Of a stretch of 64,000 bases of DNA, positions 36,811-51,500 are shown piece by piece. Every line of letters starts with the position of its first letter. Within the stretch, counting starts at the first letter, position 1. A model generated the notes under the pieces. It was not told where the DNA came from. It did not search any database and was given only the letters and a program-made list of their open reading frames with translations. The stretch spans positions 115,506,001 to 115,570,000 of the forward strand of contig OX597815.1 in the NCBI GenBank assembly GCA_951406725.2. The letters run 5' to 3'. This stretch comes from Octopus vulgaris (lineage: Eukaryota). The position numbers and the translations under genes are program-made.

Positions 36811-39412
36811 TCATTAACATTAATAACAACACTAATAATAATTTTAACAATGATAAAAAATAATAGAATTAATAGCAATAATAATAATTCTATTGTTTCA
36901 GTTAGGAAGACTACATTAGATTTGCTGAAAAAGTGAAATACAAAGTTTCCCAAAAACTTATCAAAAAATTTCACTCCCAAAATTCAAAATAAATCAGAGA
37001 ATAAAAATTAATTTATAGTCTTAGTTCACACTAATTCAAATTATATATTGTGTATGATTGGTATGCAAAAACTATGATGCATTGCAGACCTATCCAACCC
37101 ATGCAATCATACAAAATCATTATCATTATCAAGATTTCATCAAATTTATAATTTTGCTGAAACATGCAATTCATATATAAAAATAAAGTAGCAAAATTTT
37201 AAGCAAAATAATTTTAAAATTGGTTATAGAATGTAAAGAATATAGTTGTATAATTGTAATACTCTGGTATTATAAAATAATTTTAATACATCACATCTAT
37301 GTTTTAATGACTACACTTTTCTCTACCACGGTGCAACTTTTTTAGTCCTAACATAAAATCTTAGATCAAAACCACTTGTTCAGTTGAAAGAGTTACATGT
37401 TTTCTTGGGAGTGACAGCTACCAAATTGTTTTAAAACAAAGTTCAAAATATTCTTTTTTAATCTATATGCATTTAAACAGTAGTACCAAACTATTGTGGT
37501 GTGTCACACTCCAGAATCTTCATTCAAAAGAAGAAACTTTTTACTTACAATTAAGTGATAGTCAAGAAAGTATATTTTTAGTTTCCATTGTGTTCTCTTT
37601 TAAAAGAAAATCATTAAAATCATTAAAACTAAGAACAGAATTTCTTCCTATGTTCTGAAGTCTTATAAATAATATTAGGTATATTCCATTACTAGTTGTC
37701 ACATTTTATTCATTTTTATTTGAATATTTTTTAAAGTTAAAATGTTATATCCATGTAACTCAAAACAATTGTAATGAACACATGTGTACAATTGCACTAT
37801 TTCTTTCATTGTTTTCAAAACATATCAAGAAGATAAAATCTTTATGAGATTGACATTGTAATTAACTAAATATATTCATAAATTTATAACAGGTTGCAAA
37901 ATAAAAAAGGAAAATGACAGAACATTAAGCTTTGAAATACGTTCAATAAAAATTCAGATAACTGAAATTTGACTTATTGTTAAAAGGGTCAATTCACAAA
38001 TATTAATAGTGGGTTAAGATATAGGTTTATTTAAAGTGATAACTACTTCATCTTTGACCAGTTCTTAACTGAAAGTGGTCTGCTTTGATGTTCTAGCATT
38101 TTTAAACCAGACTATGTAGAGCATAGCTACCTCTGTTGCACTGCACAAGTTTGCTTTGTTTGACATAACCCTAACCCAAGATACATACCTTTAACAGTAT
38201 CTGTGTTACAAGGGAACCATGCATTTATTGCACTATTGTCGTAGCCTCCAACCTTTTTTCACAGTCCAGTTTCATGCTAAACAATTTTTCCATAGACTGG
38301 GGCATCACATGCAGAACAAAACATAAAAAAGCGCACAATATACAATTTAATTTATTACATATATAATACATATATGATACATATATAATGTAAAAGCAGA
38401 CTGTAATATTCAATAAAGCAGAAATAACATTTTAAAATTTAGTCTTTCTATGTAGCACAGTGGTTGAAGACCCCTGTGTTATTAGGATTTGTTAATTGAG
38501 CCAAGTATCTGATGAATTCGTTACTCAAAACTGCATTTGATTTAAAATATGAAGGAAATCTTAAATTGTAAATAATGGTAAATAATGGTAAATAACAAAG
38601 CAAATTTATTCTAAGTTAATGTTTATTATATTGTTATCTTAATTGTTGAGACTTCTATTATTCATTCATAAAAAGAAACATCTGCTTTCTAAATTTATGA
38701 ATTTATCATCCATAGAATTAGACTGTATGCAGTACAATATTTCTAGTAATGTTTAAGTTCTTTTTAATTCACATTCTAAATGGGACCCTTTTAACAATAT
38801 AGAAGAAGAATTGTACACAGTATAGACTTCTACAAATTGGCTTGGTATCACCTCAACTTTCATAACTTGTCAGTAATTAGCACCTGCACTCTCATTTGCT
38901 ATAGTTAATGTATATGTTTACTGGAATTGTCTTTAATTCCAGCTTCTTGGTACCAATATGAGGCTAGTGGAAACAGTATAATTTAATATGGCAGTACATT
39001 ATCAAGTTACGATAATTTATTTCAAAGCAAGTTTGGAAATAACATAACTTTCCATCTTAGTAAATTCCATTGTTCCATGCTTGCCATTTACAGTAGAGTT
39101 ACTGAAAACAGGGCAGGCTCTGCTAATTCTGTAACCCAGCAAGTCATAGCTGATCTAATACAACAAAATTACAAAAACAGAAAAAGCTAATAAAATAATA
39201 TAATACTCCATGACCATGTGGCCATAGTCCTAAGATAATTACTTTGTCAACTCATGAGGCAATTTTCTCTCTCCTTGTTCATTATATAACCATACAGCAG
39301 TCTATGTCATTTGGTATATAAACACCCCTATCAGTCTGTATAGATTTATGAGTGCATTTGTATACTATTTGTTTTCAGTTCAATGGGTTAAATAAAATTT
39401 TTTTTTTATGTA

Positions 39413-41032
39413 CACTGGTGAAAATAAATTTAAGACCGATGTTAAAAGTTCTATTCCTTACAAAATATTTTGCTACTAACACCATACAAATTATTTTTAT
39501 CATTTTCACCTTATCCAGAATTTATTTCTCTTTCGAATGATGCAGGCAATAACTACTTTTATACAACTTGAAGAATTCTAATGCTAAATTAATATAAATG
39601 TTTCAAATTTATCAGCAAAATTAGTTTAAAACCGTATCATTATAATTTTATTTAAAGCTTAAGATTGTAGCAAAAATGAGAAACGAGAATGAGATACGTA
39701 TTAGTACTTTGTGCCGTAGCCTTTATTCTTAATAACGGCTGAACAACGCCTCAGCATTGAATTCACTAAGCGATTACAAAATTCTATGGGAATGTTTTGC
39801 CATATTTCATTGATATAATCGAATAATTGTTTTAGATTAGATGTTTTTTTTTAGCATGAACTCTTTTGGAAATATAATTCCACAAGTGCTCGATCGGATT
39901 CAGGTCCGGGCTCTGAGGAGGCATTTGATTATATCAATATTATGGTGATCAAAAAATTCCATAAGCTTTTGGCTTTGTGCACAGGACTATTGTCCTGCTG
40001 ATAAATAGCCCCCGGAGGCATTTGGTGAGTCAAATATGGCACAACATTATCCTTTAGTAGATTCATATAGCCTACACTATTTAGCTTTCCATCAACTTTA
40101 ACTAGAGGGCCAACACCAAAACTACTAAATGCCACCCACACCATCACACCCCCACCCACTGCTTGCGCCGTCTTTTTCAAGCATTTTGGATGGAATTCCT
40201 TGGTTGAGCGATGTCTGATGTATGTTTTACCATCTGATCCAAATATACAGAAGCGTGACTCGTCACTCCAAAGGACCCTGCACCAATCTTCAGCAGTCCA
40301 TTGAGCATGGCATTTTGTGAAATTAAGGCATTTGAGTTGATTTCTTTTGGATATTATTGGCTTTTTCCTAGTGATTCGTCCATGTGGTCCAAATTCTCTC
40401 ATACGGTTGCGGACAGTTTGTAGTGTAAAAATAACACTATTCTCGTTGGACAATTGTTTACAAATGTCAATGGCTGCCCGCATTTGGTTGCCTTCTGAAA
40501 GTCGGTGGATTCGACGGTCCAACTGCACCATCGTTTTTCTTGAGGCCTCCGTCCTTTGCTGATCTTTATGTTGACCAGTGACTGAATATAACTTCCATGC
40601 TTGTACACAAGCCATTTTACTGTTAGTTGCTTGCTGATGTTCGAAAAGGAAACTTTTTGCTGGTGGAGTAATACAATTTTTGCTCTCGTGACTGGACTGA
40701 GGCTACGTTGTTTTCCCATTATTAATCAATTGTATAGTAATGTTAAATCATAACACTATATAGTGCAGTTAGGCTAGTTGTGTGACCACCCATTTTGCAT
40801 ACATATTACATGGTCTTAAACTAATTTTACGGGTAAATTTGAAACGTTTATATTCATTTAGCATTAGAATTCTTCAAGTTGTATAAAAATAGTTATTGTC
40901 TGCATCATTCGAAAGATACATAAATTCTGCATAAGGTGTAAAAGATAAAAGTAATTTGTATGGTGTTAGTAACAAAATATTTTGTAAGAAATAGAACTTT
41001 TATCATCAGTCTTAAATTTATTTTCACCAGTG
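39413..41032 (-). mobile_element. Full-length (1620 bp) Tc1-family IR/DR transposon with ~220-bp TIRs and TA duplication
   Basis: TA-CACTGGTGAAAATAAATTTAAGAC...GTCTTAAATTTATTTTCACCAGTG-TA; inner direct repeat AAATTAGTTTAAAACC at the inner end of the TIRs. Confidence 0.95.
39701..40719 (-). pseudogene. Frameshifted Tc1 DD34E transposase
   Basis: MGKQRSLSPVTRAKIV..; WSDESRF; QQDNSPVH; PPQSPDLNPIEHLW; ..IKNKGYGTKY*; at least three frameshifts. Confidence 0.92.
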
Positions 41033-42692
41033 TACTTCTAATTCTTTTTCATTTATTTTGTTCTGTTTGTAATCACTTAGCAATATTCACTACAGTTACT
41101 ACAATTCATCTCATTACTTACTGTCTTTCACTTTAATTAGCATCACTATTTATTAAATATCTGATTTAATTTTGTGTGATATTAGCTAGTAGAATTTATG
41201 ATTAGAAAGTATATTATTATAAACCTAATAAATGTAAATATTTTATATGGGACAGGGCTCAACATTTTTCCTTTTAAGTTCTCAAGGTATACACTCATAG
41301 GTTTCAGAATGTTTGTAATGTATAGTACAAACAGAACAAAAACTATGATGAGATTCCAAAATGCCTGGTTATTATAACATATCTGAAGTTCTAAACATGT
41401 GATCCCAAGATAAGTTCAAAATTTGCTGTAAGCAGTGTTCTGCACAAGCCACATGTTTCTGCTTGCATTTATTAGCTAAATCTGTTAATAAGTGCTCGTC
41501 CTATTAAATAAGATTGTCAAGTTGGTTTTAGGAAATGCATTAGCTTCAATATCTCATGCAAATATGAATTTTCAGCTGGGAAAAGCATCCAGGTATAGAA
41601 ACCATGCTACCAACTCTTACCAGTTTTTAAGTAAGGTACTTTATTCCACTTGTCATCACACATTGAATTGCTGAGCTTTGAGAGTTATTGTTTATGGAGA
41701 GCATAAGCAAAAATCACTGCTGCTCAAGCAATATAAATATGAAGATATATGGACACACACGACAGCATGATAAGGAAGATGCAAAATGATGATGCCTTTA
41801 TATGCTTGTATGTGTGTGTGTTTGTTTGTGAGAGAGAGAAACATCCTATTTCATCACTAAAAATACAATAATTTACAATATTTTATGTATCACAATTCCA
41901 CAATATTTCTAATCGAGGTATAAGTTCAAAGTTAGGTTAAAATATATAAAATAACTATTGAAATTTGATAGGACCACTGAAGATAAAACAATGAAATAAT
42001 ATGAAATAAATAATAGTATATAATATATAAGCGCACATAAGAATATTATGAAACCAATAATAAAATGAGAAAAAATACATATGATATTTTGATTAAACAA
42101 AATTCTTCATATTTTCCTAAAATTTCTACTTCTTGCTTCAGCAACAATATATTTTCATAGCAGCTAGATTCTTTTCTTTTCCTTTTTTTTTATGTACTTT
42201 TAGACCATTTTATTTTTCAATTGTCTAATATCTGCTTATGTCTGGCTAAATTTAAATGCAAGTTTTATTTTTTGCATTATTTTTGTCATTTAAACTAAAA
42301 CAAACAGAACAAAATAATTGCCTTTTTTATATTATAAACTTTGAGTTTTAGTTTCAGAGAATAATTTATGTGTAGTTGTTTGTGTATGTGCATTCATGCA
42401 TGTGTTTTGTATGTGTACATAAGCATATGAATTGCTGTGTGTGTATGCACATGTATGAGTGTAGTACTTGTGTTGTATACATGAGTATGAGTGCACATGT
42501 ATGAGAGTATTATCTTGTATGTGTATGTGTGTGCATGAGTGTATTATTTCATTATGATCAAAATCTGCCTAAATTTAATTTGCCTTCTGTATAATAGTCA
42601 CTTCAGTAAATATTTCTGAAGCAGAAGTTTTTAAAATGTTTAACCAAAGTTTATTGATTTAATGTTTAAAAACAAATAAAATACATATAATT

Positions 42693-42757
<65 letters not shown>

Positions 42758-42911
42758 TTAAACAAGAATATTGTTGACTTTGAAGTTATTGTCACCAATA
42801 TTTTTTGTTTAAGAAAAATAAATTTCTATTCTACAAAAGTATAGACCAACCCATCAGATTAATGTAAAATTATTTTTATTATAACTAGACATAGAAACAA
42901 ACAACATTAAC

Positions 42912-42961
<50 letters not shown>

Positions 42962-42964
<3 letters not shown>

Positions 42965-43511
42965 GGTGACCCAAAAAAACAGAACCCATAAAAGTTTAAT
43001 TAAATCCTACAAAGGTCCAACAAATTTCTTGAAATTTGCTAGACTTAAACTTCAGTCTATGCACGATCATTCCCTTTGCATAAAAGTCATGTTCTTTTCA
43101 AAATATGCTCCAAATAGCCTCTGCAGTGCTGGAGGCTGATGGTGCCATGTTTACAGATTGCTACCCATGCTGTGTACTTTGTTGAGTGTAATGACCTCTG
43201 AAACACATCCTTCTGTGCAGATGTACCCTAATAAACATTATTTTTGCCCTTTACATGTCTTGACAGCAAAAAGTGCATTTCATCAGAGAACCAAACATGA
43301 TCCAAGAAGTCTGGATTATCTTCAATTGTCTCACAAAGCCATTTGCACATGGTTATACGTTTTCTATGTCCGGTCTTTGTAAGTTTTTGCTTTATTTGGC
43401 TCTGGCAAAGATACAAATGAAGATCTGATTTAAGAAAAGAAGAATAAAAATTAAAATTAACAGTTTTATTCAAAGATTTGTGGGTTCTGAATTTTTAGTG
43501 TGGTCACCCTG
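42962..43511. mobile_element. Non-autonomous maT/mariner-like element in a (TA)n run
   Basis: TIRs CAGGGTGACC..CAGAACCCA / TGGGTTCTG..GGTCACCCTG with TA flanks; internal minus-strand fragment FLDHVWFSDEMHFLL. Confidence 0.85.
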
Positions 43512-43896
43512 TATGTATATATATATATATATATATATATAGTGAGAGAGATATAAGTAAACAGATTTCCATAAGTTGTGATGATGAGTATTCAGTTGTT
43601 CAACAACTGATTTATCTGTTCACTGAATTATAATCTAAGTCGCTGAGTATTCCCTAGAAACATTTTTCCTTAACACAAACCTCAGACAGAGTCCCTATGA
43701 CATAATGTGTAACAAACTTGTACCTTTCAATTATAGAAATAGTTTCTGTTAGCCCAATGTCACTCACAGGACCTGGCTTAACCTGATGGTAAAAGACACA
43801 AGATGCTACTCAGTGGAATCAAATCTTGGGTGCCATGATTACAAAGCAAACTTCATAACTGTGTGTGTGTGTGTTTGCTTATTTGTGTGTATGTGG

Positions 43897-43936
<40 letters not shown>

Positions 43937-46900
43937 GTTTAAATAATTGTTGTGCAAATACAAAATGGCTGACGGTTAGTAAGGAGAGACACAATTTCGT
44001 GTTCAGTCCCACTTCATAGCACTTTGTGTAAGTGTTTTCAACCATAACCTTGTGAGTGGATTTGGTGGAGAGAAACTAAAAGGAGCTCTTCATCAGATAT
44101 ATATATATATATATATATATACAAATTCAAGATGGTTCTGGTGATTAAACATTTGTTAGCTCAGGTCACATGGCATTACTGCTGTGGAAGCAACACTAGC
44201 TCTTTTCTTTATACTTAGGTCCATGTGCTCAGAGAAGATGTGGTAGGAAGCTATCTCTTTATTTACTCTGTAAATAAATAAGTAGGGGATTCAATTGATC
44301 TGGCAACTGGATTATTCAATGATAAAACCAACAGAAAAGCTATTTATATTTTCTCTTTACTGTGTGTTTGTGTGTGTGTGTGTGTATGTGTGCATAGAAT
44401 TTTGATGGCTGAATGTCAATGAAGTTCACTTTGTAACTTTACAGTTCCAGATTTGATGCTATTGCATGACATCTTGGGTGAATGTAATTTTCTATGGCCT
44501 TGGGTCAACTCATACACTGTGAGTGAAATTTGATTGACAGAAATAGAAAACCACTGGGTAAATTGCATATACTATTCAAAAGGTACAGCCTTGTGACTCT
44601 ATGTCAAGCTGGTTATGTCTCAGAATTTTGATAAAGCCACATATGACTGTGGAAAGCTTAATCACTTATATGTTAATTCAGGAGCAGATAATTCAGTTGC
44701 TCAAACAATAGAGATCCACCAGCACCATATATGTACATGCATTTATCTATCTACCTACTATATATACATACTTACATTTGTGTATTACATATATGTGCAT
44801 ATTATGCTCATCAGAGTTTGCCACTTTTTCTAAAAAATTGTACTTTTCATACATTTCATATTACCATTTTGCTTCAATTGAAAACTATTAAACATTTTTC
44901 TCTTCCATTTACTGAAATTATTCACTTTTTATTGATTTTTTTCTCTCCTTTCCGTTCAAATTCTTGCAAAATATGTATTACTAACTTTATTTCATCTACT
45001 AAATGTATTTAGTTTCTCAGAAGAATTTTAATCTCTCATGGAAGTCTTTATTAAATAATATTATGTATGCCAGTAATTATAGGTTGCTTTACAGTAGCAG
45101 ATATTAAACATTGCTGACTAATTATAAATATGGTGATAAATCTAGTTGTTATGGAAAACCTAATAGCAGTATGTAATTAAAGATGAGTTCATTTTGTCAT
45201 CTGTATATGATTGTTTATGTATGTGTATTGGTTATGTACTTCAATCTTGCTGTTGTTTCTCTATGTTAATATGAGCAGAAAAGCATTATCTCAAATTGCC
45301 TTAAACATGAAAAGTATTAAATGCAGTACTGTGTAACTTCTCAATGCACTGTTCTATTCTTCATTCTTTAGCCTTTGGATTCAATTTACAATTTCTCAGA
45401 AATATTATTATTATAGTCAATTAGTTAAAATTTCTGTAAAGAAAGAAACCTTAGTTTATATGATATTTGCCAGTGTAAAATATTGGCTCAAAGAATTTTT
45501 TTATACAAAGATTTTTTTTTTGCCATAGCTCACTTTTCATGTACTCTTGAGGAAGCAATTCTACCTGGTATCAAACCTTATGAGATAATCACTGCTCTCA
45601 GACATTTTTTTATTATTATTAATTACTGACATTTTCATAATAATTTATATAATGAAGATACCATGAAAGATTATTCATACTTTACAAAGTCCTAGAATTA
45701 TTTACATATATTGTTCTATTTTGTAATAATTTTTCAGTATTAATTTGAAATTGTCTTTATTTTTTTTTTTAAATCATTATTCTTTGTGTCATAGGTAACT
45801 TATGGCATCTAATCTTGGTTTTCAGTTTATATTCCTCCCTTTTATCATCATGTTTTTCATTCTGGCATAGGTTAAATATCTTCTCTTTTCAGCACCAATA
45901 AATTAGACAACCAGAGTAAAGATTAAAATTCATTCATTTCCTACTCACTGCCTTGAATAAAATTCAACTTGAAGAATCATGCTCATAATGATTAAAATCA
46001 TGATGTTTACATAATTTTTCCCTGTTTAAATTCTAAATAATTTCTTTCATTAGCTTTCATGAAGGTTTATATCAAATTGATAATGATTCAATACATAATT
46101 GTTATTCTGTATTATTTTTACCTGTCATTTAATATTGGGTTACTAGATTAATTTATCATTAAAAAATTTTTTTGCCATTTATTTTGATCCTTTCCATTGT
46201 TATTTGAATTTACATGGAAAATATTTTTATTTTAGTGTTTTATGGATTTCTATAGCTTTATTCTTCCTCTGCAACTTTTGTTTATTGTCTGTGAAATTTG
46301 TATAGATTTTACCTCTTTTTAGGCATATATGACAGTGGAGTGCTAAGTAGAAAAAAGGGTACAAATTTATCTGACAACCCAATATTTATCATTCTCTTAT
46401 CAGTAAATTCTAAATTTCAAGTAAATGGTTTTATTCATAACTTATTCTAATGTATTTCTCACATCATTGAATTTTCTTATCCAACTCATGTCAACTAACA
46501 AAATTAACACAGAGTCAGCAGAGTTCAGGATAGCCTACTGAGATGCTAGTGGTCTTATATCTTGTTAACATTGAAAAATATTTCAAAATGTTTCATTACC
46601 AGAGCTTAGTTGGATGAGATAAAATAGAGAACTCTACCAGCTCTGTAATTAGATAATAATTTATAACATAGGCATCACCATCAGCAACAACATTTTATGT
46701 CTGATTTTCCATACTGACATGTGTCAGAAGGTTTTTCTACATTAGTGTTTTATAGCTGGATATCATCACATTTAGTCACCTCTTGTGACATGCAGGAACA
46801 TAATATATATCCATTCTAAAATGGGTATATACATGGTGACATTTGTAACATAGGAAAATAGATGAAAAATAAGATTCATGATGTTCATCCTTTTCCCAGG

Positions 46901-47074
46901 GATATTAGTGATAGATGAGAAGGGAAATGAGGTAAGCTGGTATCAAAATCAAGTCACAGGCTCAACTTGTCAATTACTTATGCTTACTTTAGAGTGTTTA
47001 GTAGGCAACAATACTATTATATATGAAATTACTAAAAGTAAAAGAAGAAAAGGGAATGAAATAAAAATCATTCA

Positions 47075-47294
47075 CCCTTTAGCATTTAAACCAGCCATAT
47101 CTGGCCCAAGTATTCTACTTGTTTTATGTTCAAACTGATCAGATTCGACCTTTAACACATACTTTACATGTCATTCTGAAAATAAGCAGTCACATCACTG
47201 AAATCTCAAAGCTACGAAATAATGCTTAATTAATTCCAAACAATGTGGATAAATAAACATTACTTTTGATAGAGTAATATTAATGCACATGGGG
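47075..47294 (-). mobile_element. piggyBac-type MITE (diverged copy)
   Basis: Reverse complement of 61711-61930; starts CCCTTTAG. Confidence 0.75.
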
Positions 47295-47682
47295 TCCCAC
47301 CAAAGGTTTCATCGCTATATTTTGTACTGAGAACAAGTCAGTTTGGTAGAGCCCATTCTTCCATAATCTATAGTAATTGTCACATTTACAAGCTAATAAA
47401 ATACTGGTCAGTTATTCAGAGTTACTTAGTGTAGGAGTTTTCATAAAAGTGGGGGGAGGCTGTGAAAATTGAAAGGTGGGGTGACATATTGCTATATTTG
47501 ATAAAATTAAGATGGCTTCCAACTGCTTAACATATCAATCACCATGATGAAGGAAGAAGAATTATAAGACAAACTCTATTTTATCTTCTAAATTAATAGA
47601 GTTGAAGGGTGCCAAAATATTTCATTACCATATCTTTGATTGCAAGCCATTGGCTGAGAGTATTAAAATTGATCTCAACATA

Positions 47683-48075
47683 GATGCAAGTGTGGCTGTG
47701 TGGTAAAAAATTTGTTTCTCAACCATATAGTTCTGGGTTCAATCCTACTATATAGCACCTTGGGCAAATGCCTTCTATTATAGCTTTGGGTCAAGCAAAG
47801 CCTTCTTAGTGGATTTGCTAACAATATAACACTTATATTCCCAGCTTTTTCTTTTCAGTTTCTTCAATGTTTTGGTCACTGTACATAATAACATATGACT
47901 TATTTCATGGTATCAAAATAGTTTATCTACTTACAACACCTGGTGTTAGTTTATTTACATCCCTCTAACTAGTAGCTGGGCAAAAGAGACCAATAGACTA
48001 AGTACTAGGTTTTTAAAAAAATGCACTGGAGTCGATTTGTTTGACCAAAACTTTTCAAGGCCATGCCCCACCACT
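47683..48075 (+). mobile_element. Family-1 SINE whose middle is replaced by a 116-bp copy of nearby unique sequence
   Basis: SINE head 47683-47817 and tail 47933-48075 flank 47817-47932, which matches 49363-49478 with one mismatch. Confidence 0.8.
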
Positions 48076-48399
48076 TACAAAGGTACTTCTCTTAAGTTTG
48101 AGAAAGACAATTGTTGCATTGTAGTTGCACAGTACAAAAACCTGTGCATGAAAATATAGTGAGGAAGCATTGGCACTGAGAGTTCCATTCTCTTGGCCTC
48201 AAAAGTCAGGGTCCACTTGGCACAAAGATTGTTATTAATGGTGACCTCTCCGTTCTCAGGAGTTACCAACCAATAGATTAGTAAAGACCCCCCTCATTGC
48301 TTTAGTATCTCCAGCTCCAGATTTCTTTACTGGGTTAACTATCATAGCCTTTTCCATGGTTAAGTTTAGCTGCAAGGCAGTGGAGGTTTTAACTTTTAG

Positions 48400-48512
48400 C
48401 ACATTTAGGTGCATCATGTTGTCATATGAGTTTTCTCCCTTTAGCTGCAGGGGAATTGAGTCACATTAAGAGGAGAGAAAACTCATATGGCAACATGATG
48501 TGCCTAAAGTGT
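48400..48512. repeat. Short inverted repeat (~38-bp arms)
   Basis: TTTAGGTGCATCATGTTGTCATATGAGTTTTCTC / GAGAAAACTCATATGGCAACATGATGTGCCTAAA. Confidence 0.85.
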
Positions 48513-51500
48513 ACAAAGTTTTCCTTATAATTTATAATTATAATCTTCAAAAGTTATGAAACATAATTGCCTATTTATTCCATTAGATTCCCTTAAGAAC
48601 AAATGTTCATGTGACTCTGTCTAAAAGTTAATAATCTTTAAAGTTTTAGGATTAAATCTTTCTCTTTTCATAGATGCAGTTCTAAATATTTTTTCAAAGA
48701 CTCACTTCATTTTTTAATCTTTTTCATTTGTCTTTTCCATGTTTCTTCTCACATTTTTTCCACTGAATAATTGTGTAAATTTCTAAATAATCTAGGACTA
48801 TTTTCTTTCATAACTTTCCTGAATTAAACATAATACCTAGTGGATTTTTTAAAATTCAGATGCTTATCTTTTGTTAAACTATTTGATCTCTTATTATCGT
48901 TGTTATTTTTATTGATATTGTTATATTTATTCATTGATATCTTCTCAATATTTGCATTAAGCTTCTTATTTAAATAAATGCACTACTCAGGCAACAAGTG
49001 AAACCATGTGGCCTAGTAGTTAGGGGTGTTTGGCTCATGATCATAAGATTGTGAGTTCAACTTCCGAACCAGGCAGCATTTTTTATTCTTGAGTAAGGCA
49101 TTTCATTTCACATTGCTCCTATCTTTTCAACTGTAATGAACACCAGCTGGGTATTGATGCACCCCACTCTCTCTCTCCAGCTGTCTCATCCTAGTTGTTC
49201 CTCTGGATTAAGTGTGGGAGTCTACAGAAGATGGTTATGTCTACTAGCAGCTACATAATTACCTAAAAAAGCAATTAACTAAAGCATAGTACATATTACC
49301 AAGCCATACTTGCTTACAAGTATGGATTGGTAACATGTATCATATTGGTTGTACTTTTTTCAGCTAACAATATAACACTTATATTCCCAGCTTTTTCTTT
49401 TCAGTTTCTTCAATGTTTTGGTCACTGTACATAATAACATATGACTTATTTCATAGTATCAAAATAGTTTATCTACTTCAAAGTTTTGTGCATCATTACT
49501 CAAGGTTTCTGATGAGAGTTCAAAACTTTTTGAAATGAAATACATCAAATATTAAAAATCTTGTGTCAATATTCTTTACTGTGTTTTGATGTCTTTTGTT
49601 CATCAACTAGAATTTATTTACATCTCATATTAAAACTTTTTCTGTATTTATATATGTAGCAAATATACTCCTTTTTAAATAAAAGTTCTTAATAAGTTTT
49701 TAAAAGTGCTTTTTGTAAACTATGTAAAAAATTTGAACATTCACATCTTATCTATTTGCTGCATTTCTTTTATTATTTCATTTTTATGCCTCATTAATAT
49801 TATTGCTAATCATGGTTTTTGATTTTATATATAGATGTGTGTGTATATATGTGAAATTTGTAAGTTTCTATGCTTTGTACTGAAAAGTAATCTGACATTT
49901 TGAAAATATCCCCTACCTCTCTGAAGGAACAAATCTGGAACAAAAGATTTTTTCATCTTCCCATAATGTACATAATTATCTAAGCATACCAGTTTCAAAC
50001 TTCACTATACATTAATATATGCATATATATAAATGTTGGTATATATGTTTTTGCGTGTTTATATATATATGCAGGCACACATGTTATTCACATACTAAAA
50101 TAAACATTGCTCAAGTAGGTTTTATCCTTTATAAAGAGACAGCAATACATTCCAACATCATCTCATCTGTTCCAAATAAATTGTAAGGAATTCATGAGAA
50201 ATGTGAAAAAAAGGGATTTTGGTAAAACAATAAAATTAGAAAATAGTCACATTTCTACACATACCCCAAAAAACTTGTTCACTTTTTATACATACACACT
50301 CAGACACATACACACATTTACATACACTTTAACATTTATTTGTTTCATCCTGTCCATTTTAACTACGTAAATTTATATGGGTTTATGAACAATCTATTCA
50401 AATAAATAATGGGTAAATAAAATGAACTAAATTATTTAGAACAGCTCAAGTTAATGATGATGGTAATTATATATATATATATATATATATATTATTTTTT
50501 ATCTTTTACTTTTCAATTTTTTTTTACTTTTACTTTTGTAGTAATAGTCTAAAAGAATTTTCTTTATAGCCTCCTCATTTGATTGTTTTCCATAATAGCT
50601 GTAACAAGTTTGCAATTTACCTTCATGTGTGTGTGTGTATGTTTTTATTCTTACTGTGCATTTCCTTGTTAAGAGCATCATCTTCAGTCTCAAACCATTT
50701 TGCTTTGAAGTTTTTTTCCTTCCTCTCCTTTCCTTATGTATGATTACATCCAAGTTTTCTATAAAACTTTAATCATTTTTCAGCCTCCCTTGGAGTTATG
50801 TTCCTCTTTTTTCATATTTTTAGTTTTATTTTTACAATTCCAAAAATCCACTACATATGGATGTGTGAATACATCTCTCATGAGGCTATGTTTTAATGAA
50901 GTTAAATTTTTTAAGTGTGTGTTGTGTGCGTATGTGTTGTGTGTGTGTGTATAAGTGCACGTGTGTATGCTTAGATGAGATATCTTTTGGATTCTAATTT
51001 GTCTGAGGATCTAAGTGAGAAGTAGCATTATTCTGTTGTAGATTCTGTCTTGTGATGTTGGCATGGATGTGTAACCAAAATACCACTAATGACTAATTCC
51101 TAGATTTGAGTTTGAGCCTTATACTTCATTGTCTTTGAGAAAGTGATTTCTTCTCCATTTAATACATTGAATCTAATTTAATAACTATTCTCCAAATAGA
51201 AGCTAAATTTAAAATTCTATTGTCTTAGAAACAATAGGATGGTCACAAGTGGAATGTCTTTGACCATAGGATTATTCAGTCAGGGTTGATCTAAGGTTGA
51301 ACTTGTTTCTCATGGGGTGGGGCTGTATGGATCGAAAAGGGAACAGACAAAAATACCATGTTTCATTAAATTAAAAGGGCTTTAAACTTATCTAACAATA
51401 TGGTGAAGAAAGAATTATATGGCTACAAGCTCAATTTTATTTTTTCATTAATAAAAACAGGACCACCAGATGTTTCGCCAATATTTTGGAGACAGAGCTT

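Noticed and set aside
45770-45800. Pyrimidine tract-tag/GTAACT possible recursive splice site (similar at 60150)
   Set aside because: Donor half is weak and such motifs are expected by chance in a 27-kb AT-rich intron.
38503-49551. Isolated CTGATGA..(G)AAA matches at ~38509 and ~49509
   Set aside because: Stem II does not close properly onto GAAA; compatible with chance in AT-rich DNA or very decayed copies.
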